A DNA stretch of 64,000 nt from Methanobacterium ferruginis. GTDB taxonomy: Archaea > Methanobacteriota > Methanobacteria > Methanobacteriales > Methanobacteriaceae. This document shows, in pieces, positions 50,517 through 61,246 of the stretch. How positions within the stretch are numbered: the stretch's first letter is position 1; every line of letters begins with the position of its first letter. The stretch is from positions 1,892,026-1,956,025 of the forward strand of contig NZ_AP027738.1 of NCBI RefSeq assembly GCF_030296715.1, read 5' to 3'. A program made the position numbers and the translations under genes. The notes beneath the pieces are model-generated. The model searched no databases and was not told the DNA's origin. It was given only the letters and a program-made list of their open reading frames with translations.

Positions 50517-50720
50517 AAATTTTACCAATAAGTGGAGCAATTGGTAATTCACCACCTACAAAAACTATATTTTTTTGTAGGGGATTTTTTAACTTTACTC
50601 AACAATTTGAATAAAAATAAAATAAAAAAAGTTAAAGTTATTTAAAACGATTGATTCTACCAATTAATCACTTCAACTTTTTCTAATTCAAATAATCATT
50701 TCTAAGATATTGTTCGTTTT

Positions 50721-50948
50721 TTAATATCTCTTTTTTGCTATGATGAATCCTGCTGCAATCATTAATACTGCTAAACCAGGATATGTGAAATCAACGCCAG
50801 TTGGTGGAACATGAACTGTATCATCACTTACAACTACATCAAAGTCAGTTGTATTGTTAGTTGTGTTATTAGACTGGGCAGAAACACTGGCTAATGTTAA
50901 CAAACAAACTACTGTTAGTATCAAAACTGTTTTTTCAACCATTTTCAC
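50721..50948 (-). CDS. small secreted protein with a C-terminal PGx-TM-KKR sorting-signal-like tail
   Basis: N-terminal signal. The C-terminus is YPGLAVLMIAAGFIIAKKRY. Confidence 0.4.
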   Translation of the reverse strand: MKMVEKTVLILTVVCLLTLASVSAQSNNTTNNTTDFDVVVSDDTVHVPPTGVDFTYPGLAVLMIAAGFIIAKKRY

Positions 50949-51389
50949 CCTCCCCTTATTTTTTAATTACAGATGAGGGTGTCAAACAGTTCTGTTGGTT
51001 TTATTTCTGTTAAAAAGTAATTGTTTAATCATTCTGAAGGTTCACTTTAGTAATATAAATCAAATATTCTCAATTTGACACCTTCAAATGTTGTTATATT
51101 ATTTATTTATCATAATATTTACATTCATCGGTTGTATTAACAGCTAGTTACTAGATGTGAAGCCAATTGTTCACTGGCAGATTAGTTTATTACTAATTAG
51201 CAATTTATATATTAAATATTGAGTCAAGGTAACACTATACTCCAAACTTATGATGTACATTGATTAATCCAAAGTTGGTTTGATTTTAGTTCAGCAAGTG
51301 AAACAATAACTCTAGAATTACCAGAATTTCGATCATAATGGTTTGATTTTAGTATGTTTGGAGATTTTTATATTTTAGATCTACTTGAA

Positions 51390-53168
51390 TCAAAAATTTA
51401 ATTTACCTTGCAAATATTCTTTACCTGAAAAGTCTTTAAGACCCGCTTTTCCATCTAAATACTCTTTAAGAGAGTCTTCTTTTATTTTTTGCCTAGAAAT
51501 ATCAAATTCACTTGTTGAAGCAAAAACTTCGTGTACTTTTGAAAAATCTCCAACAACACTTCTAAGAGGCTTATCTTTTGTTACATATCTCTCAAGATTA
51601 GATGCTAATTCAGACAAGTTTTGTCCTTCACATATTGGGCAATCACATACTAAATTTCCATCAGTATTAATAGAATCTGTTATAGGGGGTATTGTGATAG
51701 TATCTCGATTGAAATAACGAGCAGTAGTATAATCTTTGTTAGACCCACCTCCACCCATGGGTATTTCGATTGATACCGTGTCTACACCATATCTTTGTAA
51801 TCCATGTAATTGTCCCCCAGGTGATGGTCTTTTCCAATCATTTACTCGTTTTCCATTAGAACAATGAACCCAGAATTCTTTTTCACTGAACTCTGCTAAT
51901 GATATTAGATTTGGTCTATAAACCATCATAGAAGCAAAACGTATGCCAATACATTGAAAAGCTTTTTCATATTCTCCCAGGATTTCTAGTTTACGTTCAA
52001 ATAAACTAGGATCTTGATTAAGACTTAAATAAGGCATAATTGAAGCATCAGGCCTTTGTGTAGATATATACTCCCAATATCTTAAGAAATTTCTATGGAA
52101 ATCTTCAGGACTACAATTAGGAGCAATTTCAGGTATTGTAATCACATTAATATTAGAGTCTATCTGTAACTCAACTAATAACCTTATATCTTTATCAGTT
52201 AATTTTTCATCAGTTAATTTTCCATAAGGAATTTGTGGAAAATATTTTACCAAATATCTATCTGTTAATCCATCTGCAAATGCATTTATCTCACTTACTC
52301 TTCTTGCAAATGTTCCATTTTTCTTATGAAGACTAGTTACACTTTCACTTGTTTGAAATCTTTGAGTAATTTCAAAAACAGGATTCATAAAAGGACCATC
52401 AAAACTTATATTACGTTTTCCATTTATTTCTGTGGACGTAGGTGCTTTCGTAGGTGTTTCAAAAGATTTATTGCCCTTTACATGTACATTTACTACTCTT
52501 CCTTTCAGTACTTCTCCACCATAAGGAATATTTGTATTCTTGATAATCTCTTTAATTTCAATCCCCCCTAATAATTCATCTTTAATCTTAGATTTACTAG
52601 CATAAACTGGGTAATCTCTATATACTCTTAATAATATTCCCCTATTACCATATTGGTCCCAACCAACACGATTATATTTTAATTTATCTATTTTTTCAGT
52701 AGGTATCTTACTAATTAGTTCTTCTGCAACTTCCCTACCTTTTTCTGTTAATCTAATTAATTTTTTATTATTAGAACGATCCACACTAATTAGATCATCC
52801 TTAAAATGTTCAATATTTTCCTCAAGGTCTCGACTAAAAGGTCCAAAATAGTGTGGGAAAAAATTCATTGATTTAACATTTAGTCCTATTTTTTTAGCTG
52901 CTTCTTTCTCAAGTAAAAATGCTTCTTTCATGAATAATGTTTCTTTTATAGGTACATCAGGATCTACACCTAATAAAAGCAATATAACTTCCATGGGGCT
53001 CAAATCATTCTCTTCAACATTAGATTTATTTAATAATTTATCAATATCATTAGGATTAACCGTGGTTAATCCATCTTCGTCACGAACTTGAATTTCAACA
53101 AAGTTTCCAGGTGATATCTCTTTTTTAATCAACCGAATACTTTTTTCTTTCTTATGATCCATTTTCAT
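51390..53168 (-). CDS. 592-aa hypothetical protein with a possible N-terminal Panacea/DUF4065-like segment and a C-terminal CxCPxC motif
   Basis: MEVILLLLGV...FFPHYFGPFSRDLEENI weakly resembles the ...yGPv.p.vy signature of SocA-like antitoxin domains. This is a weak call. Confidence 0.35.
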   Translation of the reverse strand: MKMDHKKEKSIRLIKKEISPGNFVEIQVRDEDGLTTVNPNDIDKLLNKSNVEENDLSPMEVILLLLGVDPDVPIKETLFMKEAFLLEKEAAKKIGLNVKSMNFFPHYFGPFSRDLEENIEHFKDDLISVDRSNNKKLIRLTEKGREVAEELISKIPTEKIDKLKYNRVGWDQYGNRGILLRVYRDYPVYASKSKIKDELLGGIEIKEIIKNTNIPYGGEVLKGRVVNVHVKGNKSFETPTKAPTSTEINGKRNISFDGPFMNPVFEITQRFQTSESVTSLHKKNGTFARRVSEINAFADGLTDRYLVKYFPQIPYGKLTDEKLTDKDIRLLVELQIDSNINVITIPEIAPNCSPEDFHRNFLRYWEYISTQRPDASIMPYLSLNQDPSLFERKLEILGEYEKAFQCIGIRFASMMVYRPNLISLAEFSEKEFWVHCSNGKRVNDWKRPSPGGQLHGLQRYGVDTVSIEIPMGGGGSNKDYTTARYFNRDTITIPPITDSINTDGNLVCDCPICEGQNLSELASNLERYVTKDKPLRSVVGDFSKVHEVFASTSEFDISRQKIKEDSLKEYLDGKAGLKDFSGKEYLQGKLNF

Positions 53169-53452
53169 CGTTTTTCAATTATGGTTATAATAATTATAGC
53201 TAGATCATTTACCCATCCTGAATATCTTTCTGCAACAATTATTTTAACTTCTTTTCCTTGCCATCGTTCACAAATAACATAAGTACCTTTTTTCCTTCTA
53301 GAACCACAAGGTTGCCCATATTCAAGTAATGTTGCAATATCATAGATCCTAATTCCCAATTTAACCATTTTATCTGCAGCATGATCTGATGCAATAATTG
53401 GTAGGTCTTTCCATTTAGGAGTAAATGAATGATGATTAGGAGTGATATTCAT
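53165..53452 (-). CDS. DUF4258-like small toxin candidate (95 aa)
   Basis: IIASDHAADKMVKLGIRIYDIATLLEYGQP fits the H-A-x-x-R/K-M-x-x-RGI core. It overlaps the downstream gene by 4 nt (ATGA coupling). Confidence 0.4.
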   Translation of the reverse strand: MNITPNHHSFTPKWKDLPIIASDHAADKMVKLGIRIYDIATLLEYGQPCGSRRKKGTYVICERWQGKEVKIIVAERYSGWVNDLAIIIITIIEKR

Positions 53453-53535
53453 TAAATCTTACTCTTTATTCTATTTCTTAAAGGATATAAATTTTTTAGC
53501 ATATAAAAGGTATAATTAAATGATATCAATTTATT

Positions 53536-54042
53536 CTATTTTAAATTATATTTTTTATGGACAAGATTTAACCTTTTCACCTGCGTACCATGTTTACTCC
53601 ACATCCGGTGGACTTCATCCAGGATTTCCATCATGTGAATCCACTTGATTTGGGGAGTTACTTTGAAGACTTTTCTGTCTATTTTGTACATGTAACGACC
53701 ATAATAGTTACCTTGGCGTTTTTTGTACAGGTCATTTACTGTGGAGATGTATTGATAAGAGAAATCGTACTTTTTTTCCTGATTGAAAATAGATTCTAAT
53801 TCTTCATTCAGATTATACAATACGCCCAGGGCCAGTTTGAGATCCTCAATATCCACATATCGATTTGTTTCTATGTTTTTACTGTTGATCTGATAGATCC
53901 CATCTAGGTATTCTGTTAAGTTGCTGTGCCATTTCTGGAAGTCTTTACTGGGGAATACTAGGAGATCATCAGTTTTTTGGAACAATTGAGGTTTGTACAT
54001 TAAGACATTCTTCCTGTCCATAATACCATAGGTGTACCTCAT
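53536..54042 (-). CDS. hypothetical protein (168 aa)
   Basis: ORF. Confidence 0.4.
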   Translation of the reverse strand: MRYTYGIMDRKNVLMYKPQLFQKTDDLLVFPSKDFQKWHSNLTEYLDGIYQINSKNIETNRYVDIEDLKLALGVLYNLNEELESIFNQEKKYDFSYQYISTVNDLYKKRQGNYYGRYMYKIDRKVFKVTPQIKWIHMMEILDEVHRMWSKHGTQVKRLNLVHKKYNLK

Positions 54043-54065
54043 CCTAAAGACAACCTAGCATATTA

Positions 54066-54461
54066 TTACAGTAATTCCAAACTCATCGCTTTTTCACCAG
54101 CAAACATTAAAGATTCAGCAACTTCTTCCTTAACAGTCTCAACTGGTGACGGTATGTATGCATCTAGATAAGATTGACAGGGTGTTTCGGTGAAAAAGCT
54201 ATCAAGAGTAGAATTAATAATGTGGATCCGATCCATAGTCCAGACCCACTGACCCATGACTCTACGACTTTCCTGTTCTTTTAACTGATGGTCCTTGAGG
54301 ATAATGTCTTTAATATTGTTTCTGATGCTGTTGAATGTTCTTCGAAATTCATTTCTTTCGTAGATGATAACCTCTTCATGGGAGTTGAATAATTCTGGGT
54401 GATATAATATTGCCTTAGCTCCAAAAGGTACTGCTTGACTTACTCTCATAAACTTTTTCAC
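54066..54461 (-). CDS. hypothetical protein (131 aa)
   Basis: ORF. Confidence 0.4.
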   Translation of the reverse strand: MKKFMRVSQAVPFGAKAILYHPELFNSHEEVIIYERNEFRRTFNSIRNNIKDIILKDHQLKEQESRRVMGQWVWTMDRIHIINSTLDSFFTETPCQSYLDAYIPSPVETVKEEVAESLMFAGEKAMSLELL

Positions 54462-54765
54462 CTCCCTGCTGTATTTAGTGGGGGAGCATTATTATATACA
54501 AAAGTAGTCAAGGGAGTTATCCAGAGGAGCATGTGAGAAGTAATCTTGATAACCAATCGAAAAATAGTTAGGATCCACACGGTCACCAGCTGCTAAAAAT
54601 ATCCCGGAGGGTGTACTTTTGCAGCGGCCCAAGAGGTGGTGTGAGGATCCTCTAGAATACTATTACTTAATACTAGTATATAAATGTGTAATATCAAGAA
54701 TAAGTAAAACTATTTAAGATGCCGTGAAAAACAGATAACTATTGATATAGCCATCCCTACTTCTA

Positions 54766-55175
<410 letters not shown>

Positions 55176-55700
55176 ATATGTATAATGGTGTTTATGATTT
55201 AGTTTTTGTTATTTTTTATTAATACAACAATAAGAGATATAACATCATATAGTTATTAAACATCCTTTTATCCTGTTCTAGACTGTCCATGAGTTATAAT
55301 CAACAAACAATATAAAATAAATAAAATGAGGCTGTCACTTAAGATTTTCCACTATTTCTGTGAAAATTTGGTATCGTGTAGTGCTCCAGATTGGATTAAA
55401 ATAACAACAGGTAGTGTTGATTGGCGTTCTATGGTCATGGTGGCTTTAAATCCTATGTAGAATCCGTAGGAAGATGCATAGATCCATTTTAGATTTTGTT
55501 TTTGGAGATATTGTTTGGAACGGTGTTTGCGTTTGGTCAAACAGGTAAAACAAGCATCAATAATACTTTTTCCATATAAAAAAATCTAATGGGCTAAACA
55601 AGTATTATTCTCAAATCATCCTACACTATGAACAAAGGTGTTCGCATAACGCATTCTGGAATCAAAAAATAGTTTAAATAAAACTATAAGGAAAAATAAG

Positions 55701-56299
55701 CTACTCTCTTGTTACTAAAGTTAGGGGAAGGATAAGTATGTATGTTACGGGACTCCAACTAGTGAATGTAAAGGAGAGTAATAATGCCAGTAAGTAGATG
55801 AATATAAAACCTATATTAGCATATCTTCTGTATCTAAATTTAGTTGTTTCTTCTTTTATAAAATTCATTTTGAGGGCATAATGAGTATTTATATAAAGCA
55901 ATATCCCTATTCCCAACATGTTTATATTAAAAATTACATTGGGAAGAATATAATTCCCATATTGGCCCAAAGAGAAGGCAGAAAATGGAACAAGAATTAT
56001 AAACAAAAGCCATATCACATTTATCCACAATAAAGTGTCGTTTATCTTTTCTATGTGATTAAAAATACGATGATGTGAATTCCATAAAATCGCTAATAAT
56101 AAAAAACTTAAAACTAGGGCGAAAAGATTGGGTACAAGACTATAATAAGAATTCTGGACGACTGTATTAGATAAAGGCCCGGATATTTGGGGTACAACCA
56201 AACCCTTAACAGTAGAGTCATAGATATAGCAAATATTCCATCAACCAATGTTTCAAGATGCTTAGTAAGCACATGTTCCATATCTTCCTTTTTTATCAT
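55701..56299 (-). pseudogene. DUF1211/TMEM175-like membrane protein, split into two overlapping frames
   Basis: The ORF at 56114-56299 ends with ETLVDGIFAISMTLLL, which is the FSDGVFAI signature. The ORF at 55701-56201 continues the family in another frame. The frame change lies near a C4 run at 56200-56203. Confidence 0.5.
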
Positions 56300-56420
56300 A
56301 ATCCATCACTATTTTCATAACAGTACTTACACAGAAAACCCATTAATAGCCCTACTATTGTAACTCATGTCAATATTATAATGTGCAATTAATTTATACC
56401 TTACATTTATTTAGTACAGA

Positions 56421-56858
56421 TTAAATAACCTTCATCTTCCTTTTAGGGTTCACTCTAAATGATATATAGAAGAATGTTAATGCCAAAATAAATAGCATAA
56501 ATCCGATATTTCCATATTCATATAAAATATAAGCTCCTTGAGCCACTGATAGTAATCCTAATATAATGGATATTTTGACGTATATTTCTTTATTTTCTCC
56601 ATCATCGCTTTTTATCTTTTTATATTTCATTAAATTTTCTTTATAGTTACTTTTAAACATAGCTACTATCATAAGGAGGATTAATGAGATAACTATGGTG
56701 GTGGCAATAATAATCGGTGAAAATTCACCATAGTTTTTCATAATCAATATTAATAAGAAAAGTGATATTAATTGAATACCATAACAAGCGTATCCTTGCC
56801 AGCCTAGCGGCTTTGGCATCCCTGAAATTCCTTCAAATTTAAACCAAGGTTTTTCCAT
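56421..56858 (-). CDS. membrane protein (145 aa, 4 TM)
   Basis: Hydrophobic helices. Confidence 0.5.
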   Translation of the reverse strand: MEKPWFKFEGISGMPKPLGWQGYACYGIQLISLFLLILIMKNYGEFSPIIIATTIVISLILLMIVAMFKSNYKENLMKYKKIKSDDGENKEIYVKISIILGLLSVAQGAYILYEYGNIGFMLFILALTFFYISFRVNPKRKMKVI

Positions 56859-56912
56859 TGTATTATCTTTCGTGATAGTAGATCATTTTAATTAACATTT
56901 TATATTAATTTT

Positions 56913-58331
56913 TTATATCCTTTTTTTGTATTGTGCTTCTTTAAAACTGATTTTAAATTGTGTTCCATGGCTGAGGTCTAGTTCAAGTTTGCCTGCAAGC
57001 TGGTTTGTTAAACTTTGTACCAGTTGCAAACCTAATGTTTCGTTATTTAGGTAATCTTTGTTAGGTAATCCTATTCCATTATCGCTAATTGTTAATTGAA
57101 TTAAATCTTCAATGATTTTGAGGGTTATTTCCACTTTTCCTTTTTTCCCCTGTGGAAATGCATATTTTATACTATTTGTTACAAGTTCACATAATATCAA
57201 TCCACAGGGCAGGGCTGTTTCTAGATTTAGTTTTATAGCATCAACATCTGTTACTAGAACGATTTGTTCTTTTTTTAAATTATATGAGTAAAATAAATCA
57301 ATGGCTAAATTTAATATGTAGTCACGAATGTTTATATTGGTTAAATCATTGGATTGGTAAAGTTTTTCATGAACCATAGCCATTGATTTGATTCTGTTTT
57401 GACTTTCCTTCAAAACATTAATTGTTTCTTCTTCTTTCACATATTGTGTTTCCATGTTGAGTAGACTGGACATAATTTGCATGTTATTTTTAACACGGTG
57501 GTGTACTTCTCGGAGTAACATTTCTTTTTCATCTAAAGAATTTTTAAGCTTCTTTTCAGCCATTTTCAGTCCAGTAATATCATGGCCAATTCCTTGATAA
57601 CCGATCAAATTTCCATCTACCTTTATTGGTACGATACGTATTTGACACCAGTGTGGTTTGTCGTTTTTATCGATAAATCTCATTAAAAAAGGTTCGTTTC
57701 CGTTTGATTTAATTATCTGTTTGATAATTTCATGGCGACTGATTAAGTTTTCTTCAGGGTGGAATAATCCCAATTCCGTGAAGTTTATTCCTTTGATATA
57801 TTCTAGATCATGACCTAGATCATTTAATGTAGCAGCATTAACCTCTAAAATCATTCCTTCAGAGTTTATAAAGACTGTGTAATCTGGATTTAGTTCAAAT
57901 AAGGATTTATATTTGGCGTCACTTTCTTTTAACAAATTTCCTATCTTTACATGATGGCTAATGTCAAATATTGCAGAGAAAATTAGGTCGCGCCCATTAT
58001 CATCCATTAAACAAGTATTCACTACTATGTCTACTATTTTTCCATCTCTATGATTTAGCTTACCTAAATTAGTGGATAGTGGTCTGTTTTGTTTAATTTC
58101 TGCCCATATTTCTTTATGGGATTTTGAATTAAGGTTGAGATCAATGTCAAATATGTTCATTTGAAGGAGTTCATTTTCTGAATAGCCCGTAATTTCACAG
58201 GTTCTTTCATTGATATCAACGATATTTCCGTTGAAATCATGTATCATAACTCCTTCAACCGGATTGACATTAAATCCGAGATTTTCGTTTTTTAAATCGT
58301 TTTTGATACAGATTTCGTCTTTTTTTTGCAT
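56913..58331 (-). CDS. PAS-domain sensor histidine kinase (HisKA_2-type)
   Basis: EVHHRVKNNMQIMSSLLNM is the H-box of HWE/HisKA_2 kinases. The C-terminus ISDNGIGLP...LGLQLV carries HATPase G-boxes. There are two PAS-like regions at the N-terminus. Confidence 0.75.
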   Translation of the reverse strand: MQKKDEICIKNDLKNENLGFNVNPVEGVMIHDFNGNIVDINERTCEITGYSENELLQMNIFDIDLNLNSKSHKEIWAEIKQNRPLSTNLGKLNHRDGKIVDIVVNTCLMDDNGRDLIFSAIFDISHHVKIGNLLKESDAKYKSLFELNPDYTVFINSEGMILEVNAATLNDLGHDLEYIKGINFTELGLFHPEENLISRHEIIKQIIKSNGNEPFLMRFIDKNDKPHWCQIRIVPIKVDGNLIGYQGIGHDITGLKMAEKKLKNSLDEKEMLLREVHHRVKNNMQIMSSLLNMETQYVKEEETINVLKESQNRIKSMAMVHEKLYQSNDLTNINIRDYILNLAIDLFYSYNLKKEQIVLVTDVDAIKLNLETALPCGLILCELVTNSIKYAFPQGKKGKVEITLKIIEDLIQLTISDNGIGLPNKDYLNNETLGLQLVQSLTNQLAGKLELDLSHGTQFKISFKEAQYKKRI

Positions 58332-58591
58332 TGAACATCCCTCACATTTAGGAATAATTTTTGCAATGTTTTATTATGAGTTGAAAAAATTATTTTACAG
58401 ATTTTTCTCCTATAATTGTATGTCAAACATTTAAAATGCCAATAATCATGTTAAAATAGTTTGAACTCCCTATAAACTTACATTTAATTTTAATTTTTTT
58501 AATTTCATAATATGCTTCAATATTTTGTGAATATAGTTATAATGCTAAAAAAGAAGGGATATAATGCCAAAAAAGAAGTTTTTAAAAAATT

Positions 58592-59500
58592 CTATTTTTT
58601 CTCTATTTTAATTCGTATTGGAGATTTTATATCCTTCTTTCGAATCTGCCATCCTACTAAAAGAATTAGGATTACTATGATCAACCAGATGGGAAATACA
58701 AAAATGGTGCTTTTTGTTTGCAAATTCTGGTTTTGCTGTTCTCTACCATAGTTGATGTTACTTTCCACACTGTATAAACCCATGTCAAAGAATCCGGGTG
58801 TCCATTCATTTACTAAAGTGTATTCATCACCAGGATATACGGTTCCATTAGAGGTTAAATTTTGATTTTCAAACAATCCCTTGATCGTAACATGATTAGA
58901 CATTGTAGCCTGTACAGTTCCGTTATTTTTAACAGCGTAAGACAATTTTCCAGGCATTAGACTTAAAAGTGTCCAGGGAACATTATACTTTGTTAGGGAT
59001 ATTGATTCAATAATTTCTCCAGGTAGGCCAACGATCACTGGTATCATTATCGCAGGTACCTGTTTGGTTAATAAACTAGTACCACTTAATGAAGTGTTTT
59101 GAGTAGAATCTGTGGTGTTTCCCAGAATTATAAGGGCTCCCATAGCATCAGAATAATTAATTTCAGATGGAATGTTAATGGTAACTTTAACTTTCTTCTC
59201 TTCATTGGGAGCTAGGACAAATTCTTCCGGATCAACAGTTATCCAAGTGGCAATTCCATCATCTGCGTATAAGACTGTTGAACCACCTTTCATCATCCTT
59301 TTTTTGCTTATAACTACATTTAATGGTGAATCACCCACGTTCGAAACAGAAATTTCAGTGGTGAAAACTTGAGTTCCCTGTATCTGAACATTTATAGAAC
59401 CTGGAGAAGCAGCCAAACCATTTGATGCCCAGGCTGTTGACATTAATAAGATTAATATTAACGTAAAAATCCAGGTATTTTTTAAAAAATCTGATAACAA
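58592..59500 (-). CDS. secreted cell-surface protein with a C-terminal TM anchor
   Basis: Signal peptide. C-terminus PIWLIIVILILLVGWQIRKK. Confidence 0.55.
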   Translation of the reverse strand: MLSDFLKNTWIFTLILILLMSTAWASNGLAASPGSINVQIQGTQVFTTEISVSNVGDSPLNVVISKKRMMKGGSTVLYADDGIATWITVDPEEFVLAPNEEKKVKVTINIPSEINYSDAMGALIILGNTTDSTQNTSLSGTSLLTKQVPAIMIPVIVGLPGEIIESISLTKYNVPWTLLSLMPGKLSYAVKNNGTVQATMSNHVTIKGLFENQNLTSNGTVYPGDEYTLVNEWTPGFFDMGLYSVESNINYGREQQNQNLQTKSTIFVFPIWLIIVILILLVGWQIRKKDIKSPIRIKIEKK

Positions 59501-59583
59501 CCTTTCTCACCCTTTTGTATCTTTTTTTGTTGTAAAATTATTAATTAACTTATTATTTTAAAAAAAGGGGATTTACCCCATCT

Positions 59584-60069
59584 TTAGGCTGCACTAGCAG
59601 TCCAGGTTAAGGTGGTGGAATAAGAATTTGTAAGAACACCAAAAGGTACCTGAACTTTAAGATCCATGTCCTTATAACTATCTCCTTCAACTTCTGGAGC
59701 TGCAAGATATCCAATTGCTTGCTGATCACTAGTACTCATGTCTACATCCTCTGTGCCGTTGTTAAATTTCAAAGCTGATAAAGGCAGATTTGATGCAAAA
59801 TCCGTTCCTTTTATAGTGACATTTATGGGCACATTTGAATGGGACGTGATTCTGGTCTGTTGAGCACTGGTTAGCACGTTGTTGGCATAGAGATCAGACC
59901 AAGATACATCTCCACTAACAACAATTGAAACAGTGTCCAGAACACCAACAGAAGCTTCACTGGTTCCTGAGGCATATGGTTCTTCAGCAAATGCAGGTGT
60001 AACACCTAGGATCATGGCTAGACCAAGTAATAGCGCTAGTAATTTTTTTGACTTTTGCATTGTTTTCAC
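59584..60069 (-). CDS. secreted protein (161 aa)
   Basis: Signal peptide MKTMQKSKKLLALLLGLAMILGVTPAFA. Confidence 0.5.
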   Translation of the reverse strand: MKTMQKSKKLLALLLGLAMILGVTPAFAEEPYASGTSEASVGVLDTVSIVVSGDVSWSDLYANNVLTSAQQTRITSHSNVPINVTIKGTDFASNLPLSALKFNNGTEDVDMSTSDQQAIGYLAAPEVEGDSYKDMDLKVQVPFGVLTNSYSTTLTWTASAA

Positions 60070-60159
60070 CTCCCAAGTTATGTTTTCAGTTCCTGAAACA
60101 CTACGTATTTTTCTAATGTTTCGAAATATCCAGCAATATTTTAAATATTGCTTTACGTA

Positions 60160-60300
60160 GACAACATACTTATCACAAATAAATAAACATGATCATAATT
60201 TTTGTGACATTTATCACAAAAAGAGTGACAATTGTCACAAAAAAATCATGGTGAAAAATTAACCTATTGTGAAAACGTAAAACTAAGATTTAACCGAAAT
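60160..60300. promoter_or_regulatory. cluster of TGTCACAAA-type motifs, including the perfect 14-bp palindrome GTGACAATTGTCAC and the near-palindrome TTTGTGACATTTATCACAAA
   Basis: Read directly in the 630-bp intergenic region between divergent genes. Confidence 0.5.
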
Positions 60301-60701
60301 TTGAAGCAATTTTAATTTACAAATGTCACAAAAACTAGGTTTATATAAAATAGTTTAAATTTATTCATTTTCTTCAATAGTTTAGCAACTGTATTCCATT
60401 GTTCTTAGTTTAGAAATAAGGATCATATTTATGCTAACAACATCTGCCAGGTGTAAGAGAAAAAATAATATATAAATTAAAGTGTAATATTATAAGTGAA
60501 TATTAGATCATAGTCGGTTTTAAATCTATTTCCTCACGAGGGATTTACCATGACGCTGGAAGAAAAAGAAGAGTTAGAAAAAAGGTTGACGAACTTCACC
60601 AGGAACGTATAACTCTAGAAAAAGATATCAACAAACTTAATCTTCTGAAAATAGAAAAATTAGAGTCCATTAATGAGGAACTTGAGAAAAGATCTGAATG
60701 G

Positions 60702-61169
60702 ATGGATAAAGAGCGAATTAAAGCTATTAAGGAGCGGGATAATCTTATGCGTAAGGTTAAGCAATCCAATGGGAAAACCTGGAAAAATGCTCTGAAAATG
60801 ATTTCCATCCTGGGAGTACTGGATTTGATTGTTATCCCCCTCATTATCAGTCTTCTTGCCATACCACTCCACTGGATATTTGTATCCATGGGCCTGGTAA
60901 CTTTCTTTGGTATAATAGTGATTGTGAATTACATGTCCGGCACATCCCCCTTCAACACGGGTGAAATCCGCAAAGCCATAACTGTTTCCCTGATAACAGT
61001 TTATCTGGCATTTATGCCTATCATGGCCTTTGGCATGATCCTACTTCCCCTGGGAGCTTCCGCAAAAACAGTGGTCACCAACTTAACCTGGCTCATAGCA
61101 GTGGTAATCGTGCTTTACTTCACCACCCGACCATTGGAAGAATACATAAAAAAAATAAAACCAAAATAA
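60702..61169 (+). CDS. membrane protein (155 aa), coiled-coil N-terminus
   Basis: ORF with TM helices. Confidence 0.5.
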   Translation: MDKERIKAIKERDNLMRKVKQSNGKTWKNALKMISILGVLDLIVIPLIISLLAIPLHWIFVSMGLVTFFGIIVIVNYMSGTSPFNTGEIRKAITVSLITVYLAFMPIMAFGMILLPLGASAKTVVTNLTWLIAVVIVLYFTTRPLEEYIKKIKPK

Positions 61170-61246
61170 CCCTGTATTAAGTAAAAAGGATTAATTTTTT
61201 ATCCTTCAATCTATTTTTTTAATATTTATTAATCTACTAGTCTAAT

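Noticed and set aside
54640-54660. 12-mer GGATCCTCTAGA identical to the BamHI-XbaI junction of pUC-type polylinkers
   Set aside because: There is no additional vector sequence on either side (no SmaI/KpnI/SalI/PstI continuation). Flanking DNA is typical local AT-rich sequence. It was treated as a coincidence, but it is worth a vector screen.
55352-55540. 62-aa basic ORF in an AT-rich intergenic region
   Set aside because: No RBS or motif; probably spurious. A degraded IS remnant cannot be excluded.
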